Notes: generated from the sequence alone by a model not told the origin. Positions 53,270 to 62,253 are shown, counted from the stretch's first letter. The stretch is DNA of 64,000 nt from an uncultured Thermoleophilia bacterium (GCA_963798285.1 CAWCSR010000003.1:1657376-1721375), one strand, 5' to 3'. Translations and numbers: made by a program.

Positions 53270-54443
53270 CTACTGGCGGGTGACGCGCAGCCGACGGAAC
53301 TCGGTGAACCAGATCGCGAGCGGTCGGTACACGATGTGGGCGAGCTTGGTGAACGGCAGGAGCAGGATCAGTTCCATCGCCAGAGCGATGTGGATCAGGA
53401 AGACGACGCCGACCCAGCCGCTGAGCGTCGCGTAGTCGGCGAGCTCGAGCACGAACCCGGTGACGCCGATCCCCCACAGAAGGGCGAGGAAGAGCCAGTC
53501 GGAGAGCAGGCTGTGCGAGCTGTACTTGTCCTGTTTGCGCAGGCGCTGGACGACCGCGACGGTGACGCCGTAGACGAGGAAAACGCCGGCGACCGTGCCG
53601 AGCAGGCGCGCCGGCGACCAGATCGGCACGTAGGAGCCCGGCACCTTGAAGAGGTAGTCGAGCGCCGTCGCGAGCGCCAGCCCGATCATGCCCATCATGA
53701 TCGCGTAGTGCACGAACCAGCGACGCAGCGGCAGCGGCGCCGGCGGCGCGGGCTTCTCGCTGTCGCAGTCCCGGTAGCGCATCTGGCCGAAGACCTCCGC
53801 GATGGTCGTCCCGAGGGAGCGAAGCGCGGCCGAGAGCGGGAAGGCTTCCGCCCGCGCCTCCGGCAGCCCGAGGCCGCCCGGCGTCGGAGCGCGCGAGATC
53901 GACCAGAGCATGTTCACCACGGTGGCGACGGTGAACGCCACGGCGACGACGCCCACGGCGACGCCCAGCCAGTGGATGGTCTCGTAGGGGATGAACGTGA
54001 GGAGCGCGTCGCTCGTGACGCGGCCCGTCGGCCAGCCGGGCGAGCCGGCCAGCAGGATCGCGAGCAGAGCCGCGAATACGACGGCCAGGAGCGACCAGGT
54101 GAAGGCCGCCGACCCGTAGAGACGGCGGGCGATCGTGGTCGGATCGAAGCCGGCGATGGCGAAGCGCCTCGCCGAGGCCATGAACTCGCCCGGCTCGGCC
54201 TGACGAGGGCACGTGTCCGAGCACTCGCCGCAGTAGTAGCAGAGCCAAAGCTCGCGGCTGGCGACGACGTTGGCCTTCTGCCCGAGCTGCGCGTAGCGGA
54301 TCATGCGCCGTGGGAACGCCACGGAGTCCTTCGAGAGCGGGCACACTGCGGTGCAGTTGCCACAGTTGAAGCACGCGTTGATGTCGAACGCGCCGTAGCG
54401 TCTTCATGTCGCGAAGCACGGTGGTGTCGATGCGCGTGGCCAT
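53270..54443 (-). pseudogene. QmoC-like fusion: HdrC-type 2x[4Fe-4S] domain + NarI/HdrE-type six-helix membrane domain (cluster 2), frame disrupted near 54401
   Basis: MATRIDTTVLRDMK, then after a frame change RYGAFDINACFNCGNCTAVCP...CYYCGECSDTCP, then six hydrophobic helices with conserved His (IHWLGV, VHYAIMMG, LIHIALAM, LAHIVYRP). Confidence 0.75.
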
Positions 54444-54757
54444 CAGGACTCACCCCCGCCGGCGCCGGCGACCAGGCTGTAGGTGCAGTAGTCGCCGTCC
54501 ATCCCGGACTCCACGAGGTCGCCATACTTGCGCATCGCAGCTACGTGCCACAGCACATCCCGGGTGGCCAGGCCGGTGGCCGCGGCCAGCGAAGGGACCG
54601 TCGCCGGTCCCTCGGCCAGCGCGGTGCGCACCTGCTTGCGCGCCGCCTGCCGTAGCTTGTTGCGCTCGACCGCCGCGTCCACGGCCGTGCCACGTTCGGC
54701 ACGCAGCTTCTTGAGCGTCGCCTTGAGGGCGGTGCGCTGTTCCTTCGAAGTGCTCAT
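54443..54757 (-). CDS. small winged-helix protein embedded in Hdr cluster 2
   Basis: 104 aa. ALAEGPATVPSLAAATGLATRDVLWHVAAMRKYGDLVES..DGDYCTY. Colinear with 49405-49698. Overlapping start and stop with both neighbours. Confidence 0.7.
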   Translation of the reverse strand: MSTSKEQRTALKATLKKLRAERGTAVDAAVERNKLRQAARKQVRTALAEGPATVPSLAAATGLATRDVLWHVAAMRKYGDLVESGMDGDYCTYSLVAGAGGGES

Positions 54758-56790
54758 CGCGCCGGCGCCTCCGATCCGGCGACGATCGCGTCGACCATCG
54801 CCTCGTACTGATCAAGGGTCCAGCCGGCCAGATCGATCGCCCTCGTCGGGCACACCGCGACACACGCGCCGCAGCCGGAGCACAGCGCAGGATTCACGAC
54901 CGCCCGCCGGGCGCCGTCGGGGTAGTCGTGCAGCTCGACGGCGCCGGGGTACGGGCACTCGGCGACGCACGCGCCGGCGCCTTCGCAGAGCGTGGCGTCC
55001 ACGTGCGCCACGAAGGGGTCGAGTTCGACGTGGCCGGTCGAGAGCAGCGCCGTGGCCTTGGCGGCCGCGGCGGACGCCGATGCGACCGACTCCGTGATGT
55101 CCTTGGGGCCCTGGCTGGTACCGGCGACGAGCACACCGTTGACGGCGAGTTCCACCGGCCGCAGCTTGGGGTGGACCTCCTGCAAGAAGCGGTCGGCGCC
55201 GACCGGAAGCTTCAGACTCTCGATGAGCGCGGAGACGTCGGCCGGCTGCATGCCCACGGCCAGCACGACGAGGTCGACGGCGGCCTCGACTTCTTCTCCC
55301 CAGGTGAGGCCGTCTCGCGCCCGGACCAGCGCCGCCACGCCGTCGTCCGGCTGTGCCTTGACGACCGTCGGCGGCTCCTGGTCGTTCCAGCGCACGAAGA
55401 CCGTGCCGCCCCTGGAGGCGCGCTCGTAGTACTCCTCGTGCCCGCGGCCGTAGGCGCGGATGTCCTGATAGAAGTCGTACGTCGCCACGTCCGGGCGTTT
55501 CTCCTGCAGCTCGCAGATGGCCTGGAGGGTGGCGGTGCAGCAGACGCGCGAGCAGTACTCGTTGATGCTCCCGTCCGCCTGCGGCTTGTTGATGCCCTCG
55601 GCCTGCCGGCTGCCGACGCAGTGGATGAAGGCGACGCCGGCGACAGGGCTGCCGCCGTACTCGGGCAGCCCCTTCCCCGGATCGACGGCGCTGAGCCAGC
55701 GGATGAAGTCGGGCAGCGTCACCACCTGAGGAATGCGCTCGTAGCCGTACTCGCCCTTGCGCGGAGCGTAGTGGTCGAAGCCCGTCGCCGCGATCACGGC
55801 GCCGGCCTCGATGACGACGGTCGTGGCCGGGGCGTCTTCCGCTTCGGCGGCGGCGGCGGCGCGGTCGACGGCAGATGCATCGCCGTCGGGCGCGGTCGCT
55901 GCCGGCCGCGCGGCGGCAAGCACGTAGCCTTCGAACGGTTCGAACCGCCCGCCCGCGATGCCGCTCGCCCTGGCTGCCTCGTCGATGACGACGCCGGTCA
56001 GCGACTGGCGCACGCTCGCGGTGAAGTTGCCCACGTAGCCGCCGACGCTCTCGACGGTTGCCTCGGTGTAGATGGTCACCCGCTCCTGAGCCAGGACGTC
56101 GTCCACCAGCCGCGTGACGACCTCGGCGACGGACTCCTCGCTGGGAAAGAGACGGTCGAGCAGAGAGGCGTTGCCGCCAAGCGTCGCGGCGCGCTCGATG
56201 AGCGCGACCTCGATGCCGGCGCGCGCGAGGTCGCTCGCGGCGCGCAGACCGGCGACGCCGGCGCCCACCACGACCGCCCGGGACGTCGTGTCCACGCGGA
56301 TCGGCTCCAGAGGCCGCAACTGCGACGCCTTGGCGACGGCGGCGGCCACCAGCGAAGTCGCCTTTTCGGTCGCGGTCGCGGGGTCGTCACTAGCCCAGCT
56401 CACCTGCTCGCGGATGTTGGCCTGCTCGAGCAGGTACGGGTTCAGGCCGCCACGCTCAAGTACCTTCCTGAAGGTCGTCTCGTGCAGCTTCGGCGAGCAG
56501 GCCGCGACGACCACGCTGTCGAGCCGCTCGCCGGTGATGTCCTCGAGGACGGCGTTCTGCCCGGGGTCCGAACACATGAACACGTTGGTCTTGGCCACCA
56601 CGACGCCGGGCAACTTGCCTGCGGCGGCGATGACCTTCTCGACGTCGACGACGTCCGAGATGTTGCCGCCGCAGTGACAGACGTACACGCCGATGCGCGG
56701 CGGTACTTCCTCCACGCAAGCCGCCGCTGTCTGGGGCACTTCATCCACCGGCACGTCCGGCGAGCGCTGTTCCTGATCTCCGGCGCTCAC
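54754..56790 (-). CDS. hdrA: full-length HdrA-type flavo-FeS protein (cluster 2)
   Basis: GTG start 56790 overlaps the upstream stop (GTGA). RIGVYVCHCGGNISDVVD...CSPKLHETTFR...ANIREQVSWAS, VVVGAGVAGLRAASDLA, CVGSRQ...YCSRVCC, and C-terminal CEGAGACVAECP and CSGCGACVAVCP. Confidence 0.85.
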   Translation of the reverse strand: MSAGDQEQRSPDVPVDEVPQTAAACVEEVPPRIGVYVCHCGGNISDVVDVEKVIAAAGKLPGVVVAKTNVFMCSDPGQNAVLEDITGERLDSVVVAACSPKLHETTFRKVLERGGLNPYLLEQANIREQVSWASDDPATATEKATSLVAAAVAKASQLRPLEPIRVDTTSRAVVVGAGVAGLRAASDLARAGIEVALIERAATLGGNASLLDRLFPSEESVAEVVTRLVDDVLAQERVTIYTEATVESVGGYVGNFTASVRQSLTGVVIDEAARASGIAGGRFEPFEGYVLAAARPAATAPDGDASAVDRAAAAAEAEDAPATTVVIEAGAVIAATGFDHYAPRKGEYGYERIPQVVTLPDFIRWLSAVDPGKGLPEYGGSPVAGVAFIHCVGSRQAEGINKPQADGSINEYCSRVCCTATLQAICELQEKRPDVATYDFYQDIRAYGRGHEEYYERASRGGTVFVRWNDQEPPTVVKAQPDDGVAALVRARDGLTWGEEVEAAVDLVVLAVGMQPADVSALIESLKLPVGADRFLQEVHPKLRPVELAVNGVLVAGTSQGPKDITESVASASAAAAKATALLSTGHVELDPFVAHVDATLCEGAGACVAECPYPGAVELHDYPDGARRAVVNPALCSGCGACVAVCPTRAIDLAGWTLDQYEAMVDAIVAGSEAPAR

Positions 56791-58155
56791 GACATCACCT
56801 CCGCGTCGGCGAGCTTCGGGGCCTCTGCGCCCGCGCCGGCTGCGACCGGCGCTTGGCCCGCCGAACCGGTGACGCCGCGCTCGCGCAGGTAGAGCGACGC
56901 CTCGGTCGCCGCGGCGCCCGCCTCGACGATGGTGTCGACGATGTCCATCGGGCCGGTCGCGGTGCCGGCGACGAAGAGACCGTCCAGCGCCGTCCGGCAG
57001 GGCGCGTCCTTGGGCCGCGGCACCTCGGCAAACCCGTCCTCGCCGGTCTCGATCGCGACGAGCTGCGTGAGGTCCTCGGCGGGGCGCATGCCCAGCGAGA
57101 GCACGACGAGATCGTGCTTGCGCTCTTCGACCTGACCGAGCTGGTCGATGCGCTCGACGCGCACGATGACGCCCTGGTCGTCGGCCTCGGTCAGTCTCGC
57201 CACCTTGCCCTTGACGAACTCGATACCCATCGCCTTCGCCGAGCGATAGAACTCCTCGTAGCCCTTGCCGAAGGCGCGGATGTCCATGTAGTAGATGGTG
57301 ATGTCGGCGAACGGGCAGCGACCCGCTCAGCAGCATCGCCTGCTTGATCGCGTACATGCAGCAGACGCGCGAGCAGTACGGCACGCCCAGCGTCTGGTCG
57401 CGCGAGCCCGCGCACTGCACGTAGGCAAGCGACTCGGGGACCTTGCCGTCGGACGGCCGCAGCACGCGGCCGTACGGTCCGTGCGGCGCCAGCAGCCGCT
57501 CCATCTGGGTCGGCGCGAGCACGTTGGCGATCTCGGCGCCGTGATACTCCGCCTTGGCCTCGAGCGGCGTGAGCCGCCAGCCGGTCGTCGCAACGACCGC
57601 CTGGGCGACGACCTCGACGGTCTCCGCCTCCTGGTCGAGCACCACGGCGTCCGTCGGGCAGGCCGTCACGCAGCGACCGCAGAGGATGCAGTCGTCGGGG
57701 TCGATCACGGCCGTCTGGGGGATGGCGTTGGTGAACGGGATGTAGGCGGCACGGCGGGCGCCCATGCCGCCCTCGAACTCGTCGGGCACGTCGACCGGAC
57801 AGGCGTACTCGCACTGGCGGCAGCCGATGCAGTCCTCTTCGATCACGTAGCGAGGCTTGCGGCGCAGCACGGCGCGATAGGCTTCGCCGTCGCGCCGCAC
57901 CTGCTCCACCTCTGTGTACGTGATCGTGGTGATGTTGGGGTGGTGGGCGACGGCGGCCATCTTGGGCGTCGTGATGCAGCTGGAGCAGTCCAGGGTCGGG
58001 AAGACCTTGCTGAGGCCGATCATCGCTCCGCCGATACTCGGGTCGCGCTCGACGATGCCGACCGAGAATCCCTGGTCGGCCAGGTCGAGCGCGGACTGCA
58101 GGCCGGCGATGCCGGCGCCGATGACGAGCACGTCGAACGCGTCGGGGATCTTCAT
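56787..58155 (-). pseudogene. short HdrA/QmoA-like flavoprotein (cluster 2), frame disrupted near 57312
   Basis: VLVIGAGIAGLQSALDLAD, FPTLDCSSCITTPKM, CIGCRQCEYACP, CILCGRCVTACP, YVQCAGSRD...CSRVCCMYAIKQAMLLSGSLP. Then after a one-base shift FADITIYYMDIRAFGKGYEEFY...LFVAGTATGPMDIVDTI to the stop at 56787. Confidence 0.8.
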
Positions 58156-58571
58156 GCCACGACCTCCTCAGACTCACGCGCGAGGAGGGCGTTCATCTCC
58201 GCGATCTCCTTGAGGAACGGCTTCGTGCAGACCGTACAGATGGCGCTCAGCCGCAGCCGGTCGGGCGAGATCCCGCGCTCCTTGAGCCCCATCTTCACGC
58301 GGTCGAGGCGCGCAAGCAGCTTCTCGAACGCGCCCACGTACGGACACTCGTGGCCGCACGACATCACCAGGATGCCGCCCACGCCCTTCTCGAAGCAGCG
58401 ATAGTAGAACTCCTCAGGGAAGAGGACCGGGGAGGGCACGCGCAGGATGTACGTGTTCGCCGGGTAGTGGAGGTGAGCCTGGCCCGTCGCATCGGCTGCC
58501 GGATAGGCGCAGGTCGCCGTGGCCAGGATCAGGATCTTCGACCCGTCCCCCGCAGGGACGCCCTCACTCAC
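58152..58571 (-). CDS. MvhD/FlpD-family iron-sulfur subunit-like protein (cluster 2)
   Basis: 139 aa. KILILATATCAYPAADATGQAHLHYPANTYILRVPSP...GGILVMSCGHECPY...LSAICTVC. Overlaps the hdrA-like start. Confidence 0.75.
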   Translation of the reverse strand: MSEGVPAGDGSKILILATATCAYPAADATGQAHLHYPANTYILRVPSPVLFPEEFYYRCFEKGVGGILVMSCGHECPYVGAFEKLLARLDRVKMGLKERGISPDRLRLSAICTVCTKPFLKEIAEMNALLARESEEVVA

Positions 58572-58585
58572 GATCGCCCCCTGCC

Positions 58586-58843
58586 CTACTTGCCGCGGCG
58601 CACGAAGATGCGGTCGTAGCCTTCTTCTGCCTGGAGCACTCCAAGGTATTCATGGCCGACGCGCTCGGTCCAGACCGGGATGTCGTCACGAGAGCCGGGG
58701 TCGCTCGAACGGATCTCGACGATGCCGCCGACGCTCACCGACCCCATGCTCTTCTTGGCCTCGAGCAGCGGGCCCGGGCAGGCGCTTCCGCGTGCGTCCG
58801 CGACGCAGTCGGGAGTGATGTCCTCGAGTTCGTCGATGTCCAT
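58586..58843 (-). CDS. tusA: TusA/SirA-family sulfur carrier (cluster 2)
   Basis: 85 aa. ADARGSACPGPLLEAKK...EIRSSDPGSRDDIPVWTERVGHEYLG. AAGGAG RBS. Confidence 0.88.
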   Translation of the reverse strand: MDIDELEDITPDCVADARGSACPGPLLEAKKSMGSVSVGGIVEIRSSDPGSRDDIPVWTERVGHEYLGVLQAEEGYDRIFVRRGK

Positions 58844-58927
58844 GACTGCTCCTTTCAGGGGCGGCTCACACGCCGCCCGACGCTGTCGCGGGCCATTCCG
58901 CCCGCAGGGCCACTCAGTTTGTTGGGT

Positions 58928-59341
58928 CTAGCGTGCAGGCGTTCCGGCCGGAGGCCGGAGAGCGTCGAGCAGCTCGGCCGCGAGGAGCGAACGCCCCGCT
59001 GCCTGATGCTGCTCGACGAGTGCTTGTCTGATCAGCGTGCATCCCTCGATGAAGCGGGGGTTGGTGATCGAGTAGTACACGGTCTTGCCGTCCTTGCGCG
59101 GGCGCACGAGCATGCGCTCCCGGAGGATCCGCAGGTGCTGGGAGACCTTGTGGATCGGGATGCCGAGGACGACGGCCAGATCGCTGACGCAGCGCTCCCC
59201 CGAACCCAGCGCGAAGAGTATGGCCAGCCGGTGTTCGTTGGCCAGAGCCTTGCAGAGCTCTGCGTGCATCTCGAACAGGGTCCAGAGCTCGACGGGCATC
59301 GGCGTGATGGCATGCTCAGTCATTTGCATCATTATATACAT
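58928..59341 (-). CDS. ArsR/SmtB family regulator (cluster 2)
   Basis: LFEMHAELCKALANEHRLAILFAL...VSDLAVVLGIPIHKVSQHLRILRERMLV. Alternative leaderless-type start at 59323 (MTEH), 7 nt after a TATAAT box (59336-59331, minus). Confidence 0.88.
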   Translation of the reverse strand: MYIMMQMTEHAITPMPVELWTLFEMHAELCKALANEHRLAILFALGSGERCVSDLAVVLGIPIHKVSQHLRILRERMLVRPRKDGKTVYYSITNPRFIEGCTLIRQALVEQHQAAGRSLLAAELLDALRPPAGTPAR

Positions 59342-59406
59342 ATGTCGATGTGCTTGCGACCGCGCCGGGCGCGGCCGGAGTATCCTCTGGTGCAGCTACG
59401 CAGGAG

Positions 59407-59925
59407 GTGCGCTTGGAACGGCTCACTCTCGAGCCCGTCGGGATCATCCGCAGCGAACATCACGAGCACGCGCAGACGCCTATCCAGCCCGTCTGCGCTG
59501 AAGGCAGCCCCGGCCGGGTCGAGGTCTTCCCTCAGTTCGCCGAGGCGCTCGACGACATCGAGGGGTTCTCGCACCTGCACCTGATCTACTGGCTGCACCG
59601 GGCCGTCGAGGTCGTGAGTTCGGTCGCCGGCCCGTCACCCCTGAAGGTCATCCCCTACCTGGACGACGTGCCCCGGGGCGTCTTCGCCACCCGGACCCCC
59701 GTGCGCCCCAATCCGATCGGTCTCAGCCTCGTGCGCCTGGTTGAGCGACGCGGGAACGTGCTCGTGGTCGAGGATCTCGACGTGCTCGACGGCACGCCGC
59801 TGCTCGACATCAAGCCCTACGTCGAGAAGTTCGACCTGCGCTTCGGCACGCGTGGTGGCTGGACGGAGCAGGTCAGCGAGACGACGTTCCGGCGGCGCGG
59901 CGAGCGCCGGGAAGACGTGACGTAG
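59407..59925 (+). CDS. TrmO/TsaA-family (UPF0066) SAM-dependent methyltransferase-like protein
   Basis: LEPVGIIRSEH...FSHLHLIYWLH...RGVFATRTPVRPNPIGLSLVRLVERRGNVLVVEDLDVLDGTPLLDIKPYV. The track ORF starts at 59350. GTG 59407 or TTG 59413 after AGGAGG is the more likely start. Confidence 0.75.
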   Translation: MRLERLTLEPVGIIRSEHHEHAQTPIQPVCAEGSPGRVEVFPQFAEALDDIEGFSHLHLIYWLHRAVEVVSSVAGPSPLKVIPYLDDVPRGVFATRTPVRPNPIGLSLVRLVERRGNVLVVEDLDVLDGTPLLDIKPYVEKFDLRFGTRGGWTEQVSETTFRRRGERREDVT

Positions 59926-59973
59926 ACAGGCCGGGCGCGGGGGAGAGCGGCCCGGCTCAGACCGAGGCGCGAG

Positions 59974-60627
59974 TCAGGCGCCGGCCCCGTCTGCGTCGTC
60001 CACCTTCGGGAACAGCTTGTCGCAGTAGTAGCCGTCCGCCATGTAGATCGCCGCCAGCGGGTTGTGACCAAGCACCCGGTCCTTGGCCGCAAGCACGGTC
60101 ACCGGCGCCACCGAGTGCTTCATGAACAGGCTGTCGTGACCGACGCAGAGACCCAGCAGCAGATTGAGCTCGGTCCCCGCCTGGTCCAGAGCGCGCGCCT
60201 GCCCGAGCGGGTTGCACATGCTCTCGAACTCCTCCGCGCGGATCTTGTCTTCGTCGCCCAGACCAAGCACTTCCTTGGGCAGGCTGCCGTTCTTGCAGGC
60301 GACCGAGTCGACCGAGAACCCGTTCGCCCTGAGAACGCGGCTGGTAACGGCGGCCTCGGCCTGAAGGCCGATGCAGAACGCGAGGCCCAGCTTCGCGTAG
60401 CCGCAGCGGCGGGCGAAGTCCATGATCTCCTCGATCCGTGTGAGCCGGCAGTAACCGTGCGCCTCAACGAGCCCGGCGTTGCGCGCCAGATGTGCGTCCT
60501 GCCCCTCCCGGTACAGGCCGAGGACCTCGGACTCGAACGGCTCGCGGGATGGGCAGTTGCGAGGGTACGACGCCGTGTCGGGGCTTTCGCAGCACGCCGC
60601 CCGGCCACACTCTGCACACGCGTACAT
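59974..60627 (-). CDS. DUF1847 domain-containing (putative metal-binding) protein
   Basis: MYACAECGRAACC...NCP...GLAFCIGLQAEA...VACKNGSLPKE...MCNPLGQA...LLGLCVGHDSLFMKHS.APVTVLAAKDRVLGHNP. Start at 60627. Confidence 0.8.
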   Translation of the reverse strand: MYACAECGRAACCESPDTASYPRNCPSREPFESEVLGLYREGQDAHLARNAGLVEAHGYCRLTRIEEIMDFARRCGYAKLGLAFCIGLQAEAAVTSRVLRANGFSVDSVACKNGSLPKEVLGLGDEDKIRAEEFESMCNPLGQARALDQAGTELNLLLGLCVGHDSLFMKHSVAPVTVLAAKDRVLGHNPLAAIYMADGYYCDKLFPKVDDADGAGA

Positions 60628-60641
60628 GTAGTGCCTCCGTC

Positions 60642-61004
60642 TCAGGCGAGTTCGGACTCGCCGACGACTTCCGTCTTGATCAAGGAAACGAGCCGCTGAA
60701 GGCCCTCGAAGACGTGCTCGCGGATGTCCCCGGCGACGACCAGCCTCATGATGTCGTCGCCCACCGCCAGCTCGCCCTCGTTGACCCAGCCGCGCACGGC
60801 GAAGATGCCCGGCCACGTGCCGGCCTCCGCGAGCACCTCCTGGAACCTGGTCCGGTCGGCGCTGAGTGACATCCCCGTCACGGGCTCTCCCGCACGTGAG
60901 GTCCCGCGCACTATGCCTTGGTGGGCCAGGATCATGCCGATCGCGGCAGAGCCCGGCTGCGACTTCACGTCGCAGATCCAGTCGTCGATGTCGGGCGCGC
61001 TCAT
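60642..61004 (-). CDS. MoaE-like (molybdopterin synthase large-subunit fold) protein
   Basis: 120 aa. GMILAHQGIVRGTSR...IFAVRGWVNEGELAVGDDIMRLVVAGDIREHVFEGLQRLVSLIK parallels the MoaE G..V.F.G.VR / HR.GEL..GD..V.V / ..A....ID.LK blocks, but without the HR. Confidence 0.45.
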   Translation of the reverse strand: MSAPDIDDWICDVKSQPGSAAIGMILAHQGIVRGTSRAGEPVTGMSLSADRTRFQEVLAEAGTWPGIFAVRGWVNEGELAVGDDIMRLVVAGDIREHVFEGLQRLVSLIKTEVVGESELA

Positions 61005-61176
61005 AGTCTCCCGTCCTTGCCTTCGTGGCGGCCCGGGCGGCCGGCGGCTTCCCACCGGGGCCGGGATATCCGCGTGCAACCGATGGTAGCCCAGGCGAAC
61101 CGGCGAACTCCAGCGCGCGAGAACGGCCGGCGCAACGACACGGTCACCGCCGCCTGCGTTCTTGACTCGTTGCTCT

Positions 61177-61194
61177 ATGCGAGCATACGCTCAT
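61177..61194. promoter_or_regulatory. near-copy of the 51738 palindrome (ATGCGAGCATACGCTCAT) in a divergent promoter region
   Basis: It shares AGCATAYGCTCATA with the 51738 site (14 nt, 1 mismatch). Flanked by TTGCTC (61170-75) and CATAAT (61192-97). It lies between the MoaE-like (-) and MBL-fold (+) genes. Confidence 0.45.
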
Positions 61195-61296
61195 AATGGT
61201 CGGCGCGGCGTTCCCCTGCCGGCTCCATCCCATGGAAGAGAAGCGCCACGGCGCCGCTGCACGGCGAGCCGCCGTGCCGCACACGGAAGGAGGGCC

Positions 61297-62253
61297 GTGA
61301 CACGCGACGATATCCGCATCAGGGTCCTGATCGACAACGCCGAGGGGACGGCGGGACTGCAGGCGCAATGGGGGCTCTCCATCTGGATCGAGACGCCCGC
61401 CGCGCGCGTCCTGCTCGACTGCGGCGGTTCGAGCGCCTTCCTGGAGAACGCCCGGCAGCTTCATGAGCCCATTGAGACTGCCGACGCTTTCGTCCTCAGC
61501 CACGGGCACTTCGATCACGGCGGCGGCGTCCTCGAGCTCGTGGAGGCCGCCCCGTCCGCTCGTCTCGTGCTTCACCCCGGAGCCTTGGTCCCGCGCCGGT
61601 CCCTCCGCAAGAACGGCAAGGTCGAATCGATCGGTCTGCAGGACCGCAACCTTGCCGCGCTGCGCGCGGTCCCGGAGCGCGCGCTCTGGGCCGTGGAGCC
61701 GCTTGAAGTGGCGCCGGGCGTGTGGGCCTCCGGGCCGGTGCCGCGGCGCCACGCGCTCGAGGAGGCGGAGAGTACCTTCTTCCTCGACACCGCCTGCACC
61801 GTCCGCGACCACGTGGTCGACGACCAGGCGGTGTGGATCGAGACGCCGGCCGGACTGGTCATACTCTGTGGCTGCGCGCACAGCGGCCTCATGAACACCG
61901 TGCACTACGTCCGCGAGACCGTCGCCCGTCGCGGCGCGGCCGGCGGGGACGACGCGGTCGTTCCCGTGGCCGGCGACGGGCAGCCGGCAGTACGAGCGGT
62001 TCTCGGCGGCATGCATCTGCTGCGGGCCCGCAAAGACCGTCTGCAGGCGACGGCCGATTACCTCGACGCCCTCGACCTGGAGCTGTGTGCGCCGTGCCAC
62101 TGCACCGGCAAGCGGGCGATGTCGCTCCTCGGCGAGCGACTGCCGGAAACGTATGCAGAGGTCGCGACCGGGCGCGAGTTGCGGCTGGCGTATTCGACCC
62201 GGCGCGCGCGACGGTCGCTCAGTCTCCGGCCGGGAGAGGCACGGAACGAATGA
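61297..62253 (+). CDS. MBL-fold metallo-hydrolase (dihydropterin-aminobenzene-phosphate-synthase-like subgroup)
   Basis: GTG start after GGAAGGAGGG. IRVLIDNAEG...QWGLSIWIET...VLSHGHFDHGGG...DDQAVWIETPAGLVILCGCAHSGLMN...LGGMHL...CHCTG. Confidence 0.8.
   Translation: MTRDDIRIRVLIDNAEGTAGLQAQWGLSIWIETPAARVLLDCGGSSAFLENARQLHEPIETADAFVLSHGHFDHGGGVLELVEAAPSARLVLHPGALVPRRSLRKNGKVESIGLQDRNLAALRAVPERALWAVEPLEVAPGVWASGPVPRRHALEEAESTFFLDTACTVRDHVVDDQAVWIETPAGLVILCGCAHSGLMNTVHYVRETVARRGAAGGDDAVVPVAGDGQPAVRAVLGGMHLLRARKDRLQATADYLDALDLELCAPCHCTGKRAMSLLGERLPETYAEVATGRELRLAYSTRRARRSLSLRPGEARNE

Noticed and set aside
44196-58155. The many +1-type frame changes as programmed ribosomal frameshifting or transcriptional slippage.
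   Set aside because: No shared slippery heptamer, rare-codon or stop context, or downstream structure was seen at the sites. The extra bases differ (T, C, G, A), and six events in one gene is implausible for recoding. Assembly error or decay is more parsimonious.
58859-58878. Small hairpins between the ArsR and tusA genes in both clusters (58859-58878; 44143-44157) as attenuators.
   Set aside because: The stems are only 6-7 bp with no T-tract, and the two clusters do not share sequence there. The evidence is insufficient.
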